The position numbers were made by a program, and so were the translations under genes. From an uncultured Chloroflexia bacterium (GTDB taxonomy: Bacteria; Chloroflexota; Limnocylindria; Limnocylindrales; CSP1-4): a stretch of 64,000 nt of DNA. Location of the stretch: assembly GCA_963749705.1 (NCBI GenBank), contig CAVVNQ010000003.1:544001-608000 (forward strand), read 5' to 3'. Positions 53,751 through 64,000 of this stretch are shown here, piece by piece; the stretch's first letter is position 1; each line of letters begins with the position of its first letter. The notes beneath the pieces are model-generated. The model saw only the letters and a program-made list of their open reading frames with translations, ran no database searches and was not told the DNA's origin.

Positions 53751-54926
53751 ATGCTCCGACTGCTTCATACCGCCGATGTGCACCTCGGCGCCCGGCACGC
53801 CGACCTCGGCGATGCCGCCATCGCCCAGCGCGAGCGACAGTTCGCCGCATTCAGCGCCAGCGTCGACCTCGCCCTGGCCGAGAAGGTCGACCTGTTCCTG
53901 ATCGCCGGTGACCTGTTCGACTCCAACGTCCAGCCGGGCCGCTCGGTCCAGCGCGTGGCCGCGGAGCTGGCCCGGCTGGCGAAGGCGCGCATTCGGTCGG
54001 TCCTGATCCCGGGCACCCATGACGTCTACGACCGCTCGTCGGTCTATCGAGCGTTCGACCTGGCCGCGCTCGCCGGCGTGGGCGCGGACGACGGCATGGT
54101 CACCGTGCTGACGCCGGCCCGGCCGTGGGTCCACCTGCCCTCGCTCGATGTGGTCGTCCACGGGCCCGTGTTCGCCACCAAGCGGGCACCGCACAGCCCG
54201 CTGCGCGACCTCGCGTCCGTGGCGGTGCCGCCGGCGACGTGGAAGATCGGGCTGATCCACGGGGCGATCTCGATCCCCGGGCGGACGGACCACGACGAGG
54301 TCGTGATCACCACCGACGAGATCGCCGCGAGCGGGCTCGACTACCTCGCGCTGGGCCACTGGCACGCGGCGCAGGTCGCCACGGCCGGCGGCGTGACCTA
54401 CGCCTACTCCGGCGCGCCGGAGCCCGTCGCCGTCGACCAGGACCGGGCCGGGAAGGTGCTGCTGGTCGCGCTCGAGGAGCACGAGAGCCGCCGATCGGTG
54501 ACGGTCGAGGAGCGGCAGGTTGGCAGGACCACCTTCCAGCGGCTGGAGATCGACGCGGCCACGGTCCCGTCGCAGCCCGCGCTGGTCGAGCGGTTGCTGG
54601 CGATGGCGGACGCCGACGTGGTGATGGATGTCCGGCTGATCGGCGTCCGGGCGGACGAGCTGGATCTCGATCCGGGTGAGATCGAGCGCTCCCTCGGTGG
54701 CTCGTTCCTCCGCGTCCGGATCCGCGACGCAAGCCAGCCGGCGCTGACCGAAGGCGCGCTGCCGTCGCCGGACACGATCGCGGGCGCATTCATCCGCAAC
54801 GTCGAGGGCCGCATCGCGGACCTGGAGGCGTCGGGCGACGACCTGGCCGCCCGCGAGGCGGTCGAGCTGCGGGACGTGCTCCGGCTCGGGCGCCTCCTGC
54901 TCGCGGGTCACGAGGTGACGCTGTGA
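53751..54926 (+). CDS. SbcD/Mre11-like (YhaO-type) metallophosphoesterase nuclease
   Basis: HTADVHLG, IAGDLFD, PGTHD, DYLALGHWH and YSGAPE. Confidence 0.88.
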   Translation: MLRLLHTADVHLGARHADLGDAAIAQRERQFAAFSASVDLALAEKVDLFLIAGDLFDSNVQPGRSVQRVAAELARLAKARIRSVLIPGTHDVYDRSSVYRAFDLAALAGVGADDGMVTVLTPARPWVHLPSLDVVVHGPVFATKRAPHSPLRDLASVAVPPATWKIGLIHGAISIPGRTDHDEVVITTDEIAASGLDYLALGHWHAAQVATAGGVTYAYSGAPEPVAVDQDRAGKVLLVALEEHESRRSVTVEERQVGRTTFQRLEIDAATVPSQPALVERLLAMADADVVMDVRLIGVRADELDLDPGEIERSLGGSFLRVRIRDASQPALTEGALPSPDTIAGAFIRNVEGRIADLEASGDDLAAREAVELRDVLRLGRLLLAGHEVTL

Positions 54927-57118
54927 GGATCTCGCGGATCGCGATCCACAACCTCCGCCGCTACCGCGACCAGGAGATCGAGCTGGCCCCGGGCCTGACC
55001 GTCGTCCGCGGCCCCAACGAGGCGGGCAAGTCGACGCTCCAGCGGGCGATCGAGCTTGCCCTGACCCGCAAGGTCACGAGCGCCGCCGCCGACCTCGACG
55101 GGCTCGTCCCGTGGGACGGGGACGCCGATGCGCGCACGGTGCTCGAGCTTGCCTTCACCTACGAGGACGAGGACGGCGGGATCCACGAGGGCCGCCTCGA
55201 GAAGTCGTTCCGAGGCGCGCGTGGCCAGGTGACGCTCGAGCTCGACGGCCAGTCGATCACCGATCCTGCCCGCGCCGACGAGGCGCTTGCCGAGCTGTCG
55301 GGCGTCCCGACGGAAGCCTTCTTCCGGTCCACGGCATCGGTTCGCCACCATGAGCTGGCCGGTCTCCAGCGCGACGAGGCGGCGCTCCGGGATCGCCTCC
55401 AGGCCTCCATCAGCGGTGCCGATCGCGGCACCAGCCGGGCCCGGAAGAAGCTCGATCGCGCGATCCACGATCTGGAGACCAAGGGCGCCAGGAACCCGGG
55501 CCGGCTCAAGGTCGCCGAGGACGCCGTCAACGACGTGGCCGCGAAGCTCCAGGCGGGCGAGGATGCGCTCGACCGGCTCGAGCGCGATCGCGACGCGCTC
55601 GCGGTGGCCCGCGAACGACGAGCCGAGGCCGAGACCGCGCTCAGCGAGCGGCGCTCGATGCTCGAGAAGGCGCGCCAGGCCGAGCGGCTGACCGCGGAGC
55701 GGGACGCGGCGAAGGAACGGTTCGAGCGGTATCGGACCGCAGTGATCGTGCGGGACGAGATCGAGGAGCTGGACCGGACCCATCCGTCGACCACGTCGCT
55801 GCCCGTGCTGCGCACCAACGTCGAGCGACTGCGCGGCGTGTGGACGCGGATCGAGACGCTGCGGGCGATGCTCGAGGACGAGATCCAGGTCAGCTTCGAG
55901 GTCCCACCGCAGGTCCGCTGGCAGCCGCTCTCGCGGTGGTCGATGGGTCTGGTCCTCGCCGGCGCCGCCGTCGCGGCCGTCGTGTTCGGGCTCCAGGCGG
56001 CGGACATCGTCGACCTGGGGACGCTGCCGATCATGGCCGGCGGCGTGGTCGCCGGGATCGGGCTGGTGCTCGCGATCGTCGGGATCTGGCTGCGTCGCGG
56101 GGATCGCGTCGACAAACAGCTCCGGGACGTCGAGGTCAACCGGCGGCTGCGTGGCCGGTCGGACCTCGAGCTCGAGCTCGGGCAGCGGCAGGCAGAGCAC
56201 GAGGACCTGCTCCATCGGCTGGGGCTCGTGGACCAGGCCGAGGCGGAGGCGGTGCTCCAGAAGGAGGAGGCCCATACCTCGGAGATCGAGCAGCGCCGTG
56301 CGCGGCTCGACGGGCTGGTCGGAGACGAGCCGCGCGACACGCTGCCGGGTCGCCGCGACGCTGCGGCGCTCGAGATCGATCAGAAGACGGGCGCGCTCGA
56401 GGCGTTGGGGCCGATCGCCAAGGAGCCCCGGGCCAGGGAGCGGCTCGAGGTCGAGGTGTCCGATTCCGAGCGTACGCTCGACCGCGCACGAGACGACGAG
56501 GCAACCGCACGGGCACGGGTCGAGCAGAACCCCGTCGATGCCGAGGAGGTCGCGGCCCTGGCCGAGCGGCTCGACGCCTGGAAGGAGGAGCTCGCGACGC
56601 TCCACCGGCGCGACCGGGTGTACGCGGCCACGCTTCGCGAGATCAACGCGGCCGAGCAGGCGACGATGCAGCGCGCGACCCGCTACCTCGAGCGGCGCAT
56701 GGTCGGCGACCTCGCCCGCGTCACCGGCGGCCGGTACCGGCGCGTCCGCGTGGACGACACCAACCTGGGCATCGAGGTGTTCGCGCCCGAGCGCGACGAC
56801 TGGGTGTCCGTATCGGAGCTGTCGCAGGGCACGCTCGACGTCGTCTACCTGGCCGCGAGGCTCGGCCTGGTACGGCTGGTCACCGGCGACCGCCGGCCAC
56901 CGCTCATCCTCGACGACCCGTTCGTGACCCTCGACGCCGTTCGCGCGCCACGCGCGCTCGAGCTGCTGCGCGAGATCTCGGCCGACTTCCAGGTGATCTA
57001 CCTCACCACCTCGGACCGCTATGACGGGCTCGCGGACCTGGTCGTCGAGCTCGATGGGCCGGCGGCCGTCGACCAGCATGTGGAGCCCACCGAGCTCGAA
57101 GGGGTGGCACCTGCCTGA
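54923..57118 (+). CDS. SbcC/YhaN-like SMC ATPase with an internal TM hairpin
   Basis: GPNEAGKST, coiled coils, two central hydrophobic helices, LSQGT and LILDDPFVTLD. Confidence 0.85.
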   Translation: MRISRIAIHNLRRYRDQEIELAPGLTVVRGPNEAGKSTLQRAIELALTRKVTSAAADLDGLVPWDGDADARTVLELAFTYEDEDGGIHEGRLEKSFRGARGQVTLELDGQSITDPARADEALAELSGVPTEAFFRSTASVRHHELAGLQRDEAALRDRLQASISGADRGTSRARKKLDRAIHDLETKGARNPGRLKVAEDAVNDVAAKLQAGEDALDRLERDRDALAVARERRAEAETALSERRSMLEKARQAERLTAERDAAKERFERYRTAVIVRDEIEELDRTHPSTTSLPVLRTNVERLRGVWTRIETLRAMLEDEIQVSFEVPPQVRWQPLSRWSMGLVLAGAAVAAVVFGLQAADIVDLGTLPIMAGGVVAGIGLVLAIVGIWLRRGDRVDKQLRDVEVNRRLRGRSDLELELGQRQAEHEDLLHRLGLVDQAEAEAVLQKEEAHTSEIEQRRARLDGLVGDEPRDTLPGRRDAAALEIDQKTGALEALGPIAKEPRARERLEVEVSDSERTLDRARDDEATARARVEQNPVDAEEVAALAERLDAWKEELATLHRRDRVYAATLREINAAEQATMQRATRYLERRMVGDLARVTGGRYRRVRVDDTNLGIEVFAPERDDWVSVSELSQGTLDVVYLAARLGLVRLVTGDRRPPLILDDPFVTLDAVRAPRALELLREISADFQVIYLTTSDRYDGLADLVVELDGPAAVDQHVEPTELEGVAPA

Positions 57119-57980
57119 CGCCTTCGGGCCGGGCTCGACGGTCGTCGTCCTCGGCCTGCTGTCCGCCCTGGCCTGGGGGTCCGGTGACTTCGGGGGCGGG
57201 ATGCTCAGCCGCCGCGCCCCCCTGTTCGGCATCGTCATCGGGACCCAGGCGATCGGGCTGGTCGCCGCCCTGGCGCTCGCCGTGGTCCGCGGCGAACCCG
57301 TGCCGCAGGGAGCCGACCTTGCATGGACGGTTGCGGGCGGCCTTGCCGGCGTCGTCGGGATCACGTCCCTGTACCGGGGCCTCGCGGTCGGCCGGATGGG
57401 CGTGGTCGCGCCCACCACGGGCGTGCTCGCGGCCGTGGTGCCGGTCGGCGTCGGGTTCGTGCTCGAGGGCGTCCCGCGTCCCGAGGCGATCGTGGGGATC
57501 GTCCTTGCGCTGGTCGCCGTGGTCCTGGTCACCAGCGCGCCCGGCCATGCGACGGACCGGCCCTCGGGGATCCGCTGGGCGCTGATGGCCGGGTTCGCGA
57601 TCGGCGCGTTCAACGTGTGCGTCGGCCAGCTGTCCGGTGCGGGAGCGTTCGGCCCGCTGGTGGTCATGCGGCTGCTCCAGGTGGCGATCCTCGCCGCGCT
57701 GATCGTCGCCTGGCGCCAGCCGTGGCGGCTCGATGCCTCGATCGGCTGGCGCCTGGTGGTCGTCGGCCTGCTGGACATGACCGGCAACGCCGCGTTCATC
57801 CTCGCCACCCAGTCCGGACAGCTGGCGATCGCCGCGGTCCTGTCGTCGCTGTATCCGGTCGTCACCGTCGTGCTGGCGATCGCGGTCGTGCGGGAGCGAC
57901 TCGCCCGGCGCCACGTCGCCGGGATCGCGCTGACGGCCATCGCGATCGCGTTGATCGCGGCGGGCACCGCTACGCTGTGA
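57111..57980 (+). CDS. EamA/DMT family transporter
   Basis: LSALAWGSGDFGGG, GRMGVVAP and SSLYPVVTV; start approximate. Confidence 0.82.
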   Translation: MPDAFGPGSTVVVLGLLSALAWGSGDFGGGMLSRRAPLFGIVIGTQAIGLVAALALAVVRGEPVPQGADLAWTVAGGLAGVVGITSLYRGLAVGRMGVVAPTTGVLAAVVPVGVGFVLEGVPRPEAIVGIVLALVAVVLVTSAPGHATDRPSGIRWALMAGFAIGAFNVCVGQLSGAGAFGPLVVMRLLQVAILAALIVAWRQPWRLDASIGWRLVVVGLLDMTGNAAFILATQSGQLAIAAVLSSLYPVVTVVLAIAVVRERLARRHVAGIALTAIAIALIAAGTATL

Positions 57981-58026
57981 CCATGCGAGCCGTCGCCCAC
58001 GGCGGCCTGCCGCGCCGAGGAGCCCC

Positions 58027-58338
58027 ATGACCGAACAAGCCCAAGCCCCCTGGATCGAGACGGTCTGGCTCGTGGAGGCGACCTACGCCCCCGACGCCGC
58101 CGAGACCCGGGTCCCGTTCCGCGCCCGCCACATGGCCCGCATGGCCGAGCTCAAGGCCGCGGGCGTGATCGTCGAGGTCGGCGCGTTCACGGACGTCTCG
58201 GCATCGATCGTGATCGTCCGCGCCGCGTCCGAGGACGAGGCGATCGAGATCTGCCGCCAGGACATCTACACGCAGAACGGTGTCTGGGTCGAGATGCGAG
58301 CGAGGCCGTTCGGGATCGTGCGGCTCGGCGGCGGCTGA
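58027..58338 (+). CDS. YciI family protein
   Basis: R.PFRARH, GAFTD and DIYTQNGVW; SD GAGGAG. Confidence 0.75.
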   Translation: MTEQAQAPWIETVWLVEATYAPDAAETRVPFRARHMARMAELKAAGVIVEVGAFTDVSASIVIVRAASEDEAIEICRQDIYTQNGVWVEMRARPFGIVRLGGG

Positions 58339-58346
58339 GACGGGCC

Positions 58347-58877
58347 TCAGCGCCGGGCCCGGACCACGGTCGCGGTGTCCAGCTCCGCTGGGTGCGTGAG
58401 CCGGACGACGAGCGCGAACCCCTCGTGGCGGAGACGGTCATCGGGCGCGCGCCGCAGGTCCCCGAGCTGGCGGTGGACCGCCGCCTCGGGCACGATCCGG
58501 TCGGGTCGCCCCGCATTGCGCTCGAGCACCACGGCCGGCGGCATGTCGAGCACGATCGCGACGGCCGGCAGCCCCGCCTCGCCTGCTCGCTCGAGCAGCG
58601 CCCGTCGCGCCCGCGCCTGGACGCTCGTGGCATCGACCACGGTGAGCAGGCCGGCCCCCAGCCGCACGCCGAGCCTGCGATGGAGCGCCTCGAACGCCGG
58701 GCCGGTCGCCCGCTGGTCCGCGGCGTCGCCGGCGATCAGCGCCCGCAGCTCGTCCGAGGACAGGACCTCGTCCCGGGCGAACCAGCGGGCCGCGAACGTG
58801 GACTTGCCCGCGCCGGCGGCGCCGACCAGGACGACCAGGCAGGGATCCGGGATCGTGATCACGGGGTCGCGGTGCAT
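58347..58877 (-). CDS. AAA_33 P-loop kinase (polynucleotide-kinase-like)
   Basis: LVVLVGAAGAGKSTFA, SSDELR, VVDATS and ERNAGR. Confidence 0.82.
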   Translation of the reverse strand: MHRDPVITIPDPCLVVLVGAAGAGKSTFAARWFARDEVLSSDELRALIAGDAADQRATGPAFEALHRRLGVRLGAGLLTVVDATSVQARARRALLERAGEAGLPAVAIVLDMPPAVVLERNAGRPDRIVPEAAVHRQLGDLRRAPDDRLRHEGFALVVRLTHPAELDTATVVRARR

Positions 58878-58963
58878 CCGTGGATGATGCCCCTCGACCA
58901 TCGATGCGCGCGGTGCGCCGCCGTCGACGCCGGCTGTGGAGCCCGTCCTGTACCGTCCGCGTG

Positions 58964-60220
58964 ATGTCCACGCAATCGCGAGCACCCCAGGACTGGCGAG
59001 TCATCGTCGGCGTGTTCTGGATCACCCAGCTGATCGAGGGCATGGGCGTGAGCCAGGTGTTCGCGCTGCTGCCCGCCTACCTCCGCGACCTCGGCGTCCC
59101 GGAGACGGAGCGCCTCCCGTTCGTGGGCCTGTACAGCTCGCTGATGTTCGTGGTCGGCCTGCCGCTGGTGCCGCTGTGGGGCGTATGGGCCGACAAGATC
59201 AGCCGCAAGGCCGTGATCGTGCGCAGCGCGCTCGTCGAGGCGGTCGTGTTCGCGATGGCCGCCCTGGCGCGCGAGCCGTGGCAGCTGGCGCTGGCCGTGC
59301 TCCTGATCGGGTTCCAGCTCGGCAACACCGGGGTGATGCTGGCGGGCATCCGGGACGTCAGCCCGCGCCGGCGGCTGGGCACGACGATCGCGCTGTTCGG
59401 TGCGGCCGGCCCGATCGGGTTCGCGGCCGGTCCGACGCTCGCCGGCCTGCTCATCGATGGGTTCGGCTGGGCCATCCCGAGCGTGTTCGGGCTGTCGGCG
59501 GCGCTGTCGGTGGGGACCGCGCTGCTGGTGGGCCTCGGAACCCGCGAGGTGCGACCCGAGGTGATCCCCGTGGGTCCGGTCCTGCGGCTGGCGTTCGGGG
59601 CGGTGCGCGGCGTGTTTGCCGACCCGGCCGTCCGTCGGGTGTTCGTGATCTACGGGGTCGTGTTCCTGGCCAACCAGATGTCCCGTCCGTACACGCCGGT
59701 CCTCGTCGAGGACCTGGTCGGGACCGGCGCCGGGCTTGCAACCGGGATCGCGCTCGTGATGGGCGTGGCGTCGCTGGTGGGGGCGATCGCCTCGCCGGGC
59801 GCCGGCTGGCTGGGCGACCAGGTGGGGTTCCGGCCGGTGCTCATCGCGGCGCTGATCGCCGGCGGCGGGGCCAGCATCCTGATGCCCGTCGTCCCGGAGC
59901 TGGGCGCGTTGGTCGTGGTGGCCGTCGTGCTCGGTGCGGCCGTTGCGACCACCGGCGCGATGGTGTTCGCCATGCTCGCGAGCGACGTGCCGGCGGAGCG
60001 CCGCTCGGCCACCCTGAACCTCGTGTACCTGCCGCTGTACGTGGCGGGGATCCTGGGCCCGGCGATCGGCGGCGGGCTGGCCGCGGCCGGCGGCGCCGGC
60101 GGCCCGTTCGTTGCCGGCGGGATCGTGTTCCTCGCCGGGGCCGCCGTGCTCGGGCTGCGCGGGACGGGGCGCGACCACGCCCAGCCGGCGACGACGGCCG
60201 AGCCGACCGGCGTCCCGTAG
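58964..60220 (+). CDS. MFS transporter (12-TM)
   Basis: WGVWADKISRK and GWLGDQVGFR motif A copies. Confidence 0.88.
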   Translation: MSTQSRAPQDWRVIVGVFWITQLIEGMGVSQVFALLPAYLRDLGVPETERLPFVGLYSSLMFVVGLPLVPLWGVWADKISRKAVIVRSALVEAVVFAMAALAREPWQLALAVLLIGFQLGNTGVMLAGIRDVSPRRRLGTTIALFGAAGPIGFAAGPTLAGLLIDGFGWAIPSVFGLSAALSVGTALLVGLGTREVRPEVIPVGPVLRLAFGAVRGVFADPAVRRVFVIYGVVFLANQMSRPYTPVLVEDLVGTGAGLATGIALVMGVASLVGAIASPGAGWLGDQVGFRPVLIAALIAGGGASILMPVVPELGALVVVAVVLGAAVATTGAMVFAMLASDVPAERRSATLNLVYLPLYVAGILGPAIGGGLAAAGGAGGPFVAGGIVFLAGAAVLGLRGTGRDHAQPATTAEPTGVP

Positions 60221-60250
60221 CGTCCCGATCCCCGGATCGACGGGTCGGCG

Positions 60251-62566
60251 TCAACCGTCGGCGATCGCCGGATCCTCGGGGGTGTCCGCGACCCGGGCGG
60301 ACGCGATGGCCGCGGCCAGTCGGTCCGCGAAGTCCGTCGCCAGCTCGCGCTCGACGAGCACGGTGACGCGATCCCCGACCTGGAGCACGGTCGCTGACGT
60401 GGGGGCGAAGCGGAGCCCCTCGCGCCGGACCATGATCGGCAGCGCCAGCGTCGGCCAGGGCAGGTCGGCGATCGGGACGCCGACGGGCGCGTCGTCCGAC
60501 GTGAACTCGAGATCGAGGATGCGGAAGCCGCCCAGCCACGACGGGCCCACGTGGCGCTCGATCGAACCCGTGGGTCGCACCCCGGCGACCGCAGGACCCG
60601 CGGGCGCCCCGGCATCGCTGCCGGCCGGGGGTCCGCCGAGCGGTGCGCCGCCGAGCGGTGCGCCGCCGACCGGGGCACTGCCGGGGCTCCTGCCCGCGCC
60701 GCCTCCGTTGTAGGCGCGCAGGACGTCCCGATGCGTCAGCCAGCCGACCACACGTCCGTCGCCGGCATCGAGCACCGGCACGCCGGCAGTCCCGTGGGCC
60801 AGCAGCTGCTCGAGGGCTTCCTCGAGCGTCTCGTCGGCGCCAACCGCCGGCACGTGCTCGGCAAGCTCGCCCGCGGTCATGTCCAGCGAGTTCGTCCGCA
60901 TCTGCTGCTCGGCACCGTCTGCGGTGACGATCCCGCTGTACACGCCGGCCTCGTCCACGACGGGCAGCGATTCGACGCCCGCCGCGATCAGCCGGTCGAC
61001 GACCTCGCCCAGGGGTGCGGCCGTTGACACCGGCTCGGGAACCGGGCGCATCGCGTCACGCACCGTGATCAGGTCCATGACGCTGGCCGCCCGTCCGCGC
61101 CGGACATCGATGCCCCGCCGCCGGAGCTTGAGCGTGTAGATCGTCTCGGGCGTCAGCAGCGCCGACAACCCGGCCGAGACCGCGATCGCCGTCATCAGCG
61201 GCAGGATCACCGTGTAGTCGCCGGTCAGCTCGAACAGGATCAGGACCGACGTGATCGGCGCGTGGGCCGCCGCCGCGAACACGGCGCCCATGCCCACCAG
61301 GCCGTAGGCGCCGGCCGGCGCGACCATGCCCGGGAACAGCGAGTTGACGACCACGCCGAAGGCCGTGCCCAGCATGCCGCCGATGAACAGGGATGGGGCG
61401 AACACGCCGCCCGAGCCGCCGATCCCGATGGTGAGGCTGGTCGCGATCACCTTGCCGACGAGCAGCAGCAGAAGGAGCTCGAGCGCGTCGTGACCGCCGA
61501 TGGCCTGCTCCAGCGGCGCGTAGCCGACGCCGTACAGCTGTGGCAGCGCCAGCAGCAGCAGCCCCAGGGCGAGCCCGCCCGCGACCGGGCGCAGCCACTC
61601 CGGCCGCGGCTCCCACAGCCGGTCGATGACATCCTCCATGCCATACAGCACCCGGCTGAACCCGATCCCTACGCCTGCCGCCACGAGGCCCAGCGTCGCG
61701 TACAGCGGGTACTCCCAGGCGTTGACGATCGTGAACGGCGGCAACGGCAGGAAGGAGCTGGACCCGAACGCGGCCCGGCTGACCACGTCAGCTGTGACCG
61801 ACGCCAGCACGACCGACCCGAACGACCGGATCTCGAAGTCGCGGAGGATCAGCTCGAGCGCGAAGAACACCCCTGCGATCGGGGCGTTGAACGTGGCCGA
61901 GATGCCACCGGCAGCGCCGCAGGCGACGAGCAGCCGGAGGCTCGATTCGCCGACTCGGAGGGTCTGGCCGATGGCCGAGCCCAGCGCCGAGCCGATCTGG
62001 ACGATCGGGCCCTCGCGGCCGACCGATCCCCCCGAGCCCAGGCAGATCGCCGACGCGAGCGACTTGACGATCGCGACGCGTGGCCGGATCCGCCCGCCCC
62101 GCTCCGCGACCGCGAGCATGACCTCCGGGACGCCGTGGCCGCGCGCCTCGCGCGCGAAGCGATCGATCAGGGGGCCGTACAGCAGGCCACCCACCACGGG
62201 CACGGCCACGATGAACCAGATGCCCAGGAACGGCAGGTCCGGGTGCGTCGGCCGACTGACGGCGCCGTAATCGGACTGCCCCGTGAACACCACCGTGAAC
62301 GCGCCGATGAGCCAGCGGAAGGCGATCGCGCCCAGGCCCGCGCCCAGACCGGTGAGCACCGCGAGGGTGACCAGCCCGGCCGGCCCGCGCTGGAGCGTGT
62401 CCCGTGCGCGGCCGATCGGGTCCCGCGGCACGCGCAACCAGCCAGGCCGGCCGGCGCTCGCCCGGGAACGGGCTTCGGGGACCGCTCGCGCCAGGGACCG
62501 GGTGAGGGCAGCCCGACGCTCCAGAATGGGTGAGCGGAGGTCAGCGTCGAGCACGCTGTCAAGCAT
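60251..62566 (-). CDS. ClC chloride channel/antiporter with CBS pair and TrkA-C domain
   Basis: GHGVPEV, GSVGREGP, FNAPIAG and GGVFAPSL; CBS domains and a C-terminal RCK_C-like segment; start uncertain. Confidence 0.88.
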   Translation of the reverse strand: MLDSVLDADLRSPILERRAALTRSLARAVPEARSRASAGRPGWLRVPRDPIGRARDTLQRGPAGLVTLAVLTGLGAGLGAIAFRWLIGAFTVVFTGQSDYGAVSRPTHPDLPFLGIWFIVAVPVVGGLLYGPLIDRFAREARGHGVPEVMLAVAERGGRIRPRVAIVKSLASAICLGSGGSVGREGPIVQIGSALGSAIGQTLRVGESSLRLLVACGAAGGISATFNAPIAGVFFALELILRDFEIRSFGSVVLASVTADVVSRAAFGSSSFLPLPPFTIVNAWEYPLYATLGLVAAGVGIGFSRVLYGMEDVIDRLWEPRPEWLRPVAGGLALGLLLLALPQLYGVGYAPLEQAIGGHDALELLLLLLVGKVIATSLTIGIGGSGGVFAPSLFIGGMLGTAFGVVVNSLFPGMVAPAGAYGLVGMGAVFAAAAHAPITSVLILFELTGDYTVILPLMTAIAVSAGLSALLTPETIYTLKLRRRGIDVRRGRAASVMDLITVRDAMRPVPEPVSTAAPLGEVVDRLIAAGVESLPVVDEAGVYSGIVTADGAEQQMRTNSLDMTAGELAEHVPAVGADETLEEALEQLLAHGTAGVPVLDAGDGRVVGWLTHRDVLRAYNGGGAGRSPGSAPVGGAPLGGAPLGGPPAGSDAGAPAGPAVAGVRPTGSIERHVGPSWLGGFRILDLEFTSDDAPVGVPIADLPWPTLALPIMVRREGLRFAPTSATVLQVGDRVTVLVERELATDFADRLAAAIASARVADTPEDPAIADG

Positions 62567-62737
62567 ACCGAATAGTTGCCTGCTGGCTATCATTTGACCG
62601 GCCGGCCCGGCGGGGCAGGGCATCGGCGTCCTGCCAAGGGTCCACGGACCAGCTCCGCGCCGGCGGCTGCCCGGCGAGCGTCCTGCCCCCGCACCACGTG
62701 GGTTACGATCGATCGATGGAAACCGGAGGTCCTCCAG

Positions 62738-63730
62738 GTGCCGAACCTGCCGCTGCGGCCGTTGCGCCGTGCCGCGCGGCCGAGTGGCGCCGCGACCGGG
62801 ACGAACCCCGAGGCTCGCGGACCTGACGTCATCGCCGCGGCCGGCGTCCGCTGGCTGACCCTGGAGCACCCGCGCGAGGCGGACCGTGCGTGGCTCGAGC
62901 AGGAGTTCGGCTTCCACCCGCTGGCGATCGAGGACGTCGCCTCCCGCAACCAGCGCCCCAAGCTCGATGCCTACGATGACTACCTGTTCATCGTTCTCCA
63001 CTTCCCGGTGTTCGACAAGCGCAGCGGGCGACTGCTCACCGCAGAGCTGGACCTGTTCGTCGGACCGGACTACCTGATCACCCTGACCGACCAGACGATC
63101 CCGCCCCTGGCCGCGATGTTCGAGCGCTATCGCGAGCGCGAGGAGGTCCGCGACCCGGTGTTCGCAAAGGGCACCGGCTACCTCCTGTACCGGATCGTCG
63201 ACACCTGTGTCGATGCCTCGTTTCCGATGCTGCGCAAGATGGGCGCCAAGCTGGACAAGCTCGAGGACGACATCTTCGAGGGCCGGTCGGCCGAGATCGT
63301 GCGCGACCTGTCCGAGGTCAAGCAGGAGATCATCAACTTCCGGCGCGTCGTCCGGCCGATGCGCGCCGTGCTGCGCGATCTCGAGCGCACCAAGCAGCGC
63401 TACCTGGCCGAGGACCTGGACATCTACTTCGACGACATCACCGATGCGGCGGAGCGGATCTGGGACGTGCTCGAGAACTACAAGGAGGTCGCCGAGGCGC
63501 TCGAGGATTCGAACGAATCGGTGCTCTCACACCGGCTCAACCAGAGCCTGCGCGTGCTGACGGCGTTCAGCGTCGCGATGCTGCCGCTCACGCTGCTGGC
63601 GAGCATCGGCGGGATGAACGTCGACCTTCCCGGGGATGGCAGCCTGTCCGAGTTCTGGGCGATCATCGCGGTGATGGCGGTGACCCTCGTCGGGGTGCTG
63701 CTGTTCTTCCGCCGGCGCGGCTACCTGTAG
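62738..63730 (+). CDS. corA: Magnesium transporter CorA family
   Basis: FHPLAIED...QRPKLD and GMN motif (GGMNV); SD GGAGGT before GTG. Confidence 0.9.
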   Translation: MPNLPLRPLRRAARPSGAATGTNPEARGPDVIAAAGVRWLTLEHPREADRAWLEQEFGFHPLAIEDVASRNQRPKLDAYDDYLFIVLHFPVFDKRSGRLLTAELDLFVGPDYLITLTDQTIPPLAAMFERYREREEVRDPVFAKGTGYLLYRIVDTCVDASFPMLRKMGAKLDKLEDDIFEGRSAEIVRDLSEVKQEIINFRRVVRPMRAVLRDLERTKQRYLAEDLDIYFDDITDAAERIWDVLENYKEVAEALEDSNESVLSHRLNQSLRVLTAFSVAMLPLTLLASIGGMNVDLPGDGSLSEFWAIIAVMAVTLVGVLLFFRRRGYL

Positions 63731-63770
63731 CCGCCGGCCGGCCTGCGCCCTCCACCGACCGACCCGAGCG

Positions 63771-64000
63771 CTACGCCTCGGGCAGCGGTCGCTCGGCGGG
63801 ACCGATGTAGCGCACGGTCGGGCGGATCAGCCGGTTCGCGGCGCCCTGCTCGATCGCGTGGGCGGTCCAGCCCGCGTGACGCGCGAGCGCGAATGTGGCG
63901 GGAAACAGGTCCGGCGTGAGCCCAACGCCCATCAGCACCGGCGCGGCGTAGTACTCGACGTTGGTCTTGAGCGGGCGGTCCGGGTACTTCTCGGCGAGGA
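63771..64000 (-). CDS. Citrate synthase family protein, C-terminal fragment
   Basis: Minus-strand translation LKTNVEYYAA...FPATFALARHAGWTAHAIEQ...RLIRPTVRYIGP. Confidence 0.88.
   Translation of the reverse strand, partial: LAEKYPDRPLKTNVEYYAAPVLMGVGLTPDLFPATFALARHAGWTAHAIEQGAANRLIRPTVRYIGPAERPLPEA

Noticed and set aside
60631-60672. 15-bp repeats in the ClC gene (GAPLG-type)
   Set aside because: This is an ordinary low-complexity interdomain linker.
62567-62737. Fluoride riboswitch / fluoride-specific ClC
   Set aside because: No crcB-motif consensus is visible, and the protein has GREGP and GHGVP rather than fluoride-type signatures.

Overview
Very GC-rich bacterial window with no outer-membrane or porin genes. 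It uses System II cytochrome c maturation, Tat lipoproteins and many leaderless genes. The style suggests a monoderm such as Chloroflexota (Limnocylindria-like); this taxonomy is inference only. The main feature is a co-oriented ~19 kb minus-strand island (2703-21523) that looks like a complete extracellular electron transfer system. It encodes an OmcS-like secreted hexaheme cytochrome (candidate nanowire subunit) with NHL beta-propeller and TPR partners. It also encodes a PST-stalked cytochrome, a NapC/NirT(ImcH)-like decaheme, a Rieske/cytochrome b complex with a decaheme c subunit, dedicated ResA/ResB/CcsA genes and a GAF kinase/NarL regulator. The island is flanked by fdhD and a split NAD-linked formate dehydrogenase whose catalytic subunit contains selenocysteine (in-frame UGA plus SECIS). 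Further right are mtnA-aldolase, a PotABCD-type importer, three non-pyrrolysine MttB-family methyltransferases, selD/selC/selA/selB/mobA, and housekeeping or transport genes. Three single-base frameshifts (hydrolase, fdhD, selD) look like long-read indel errors.
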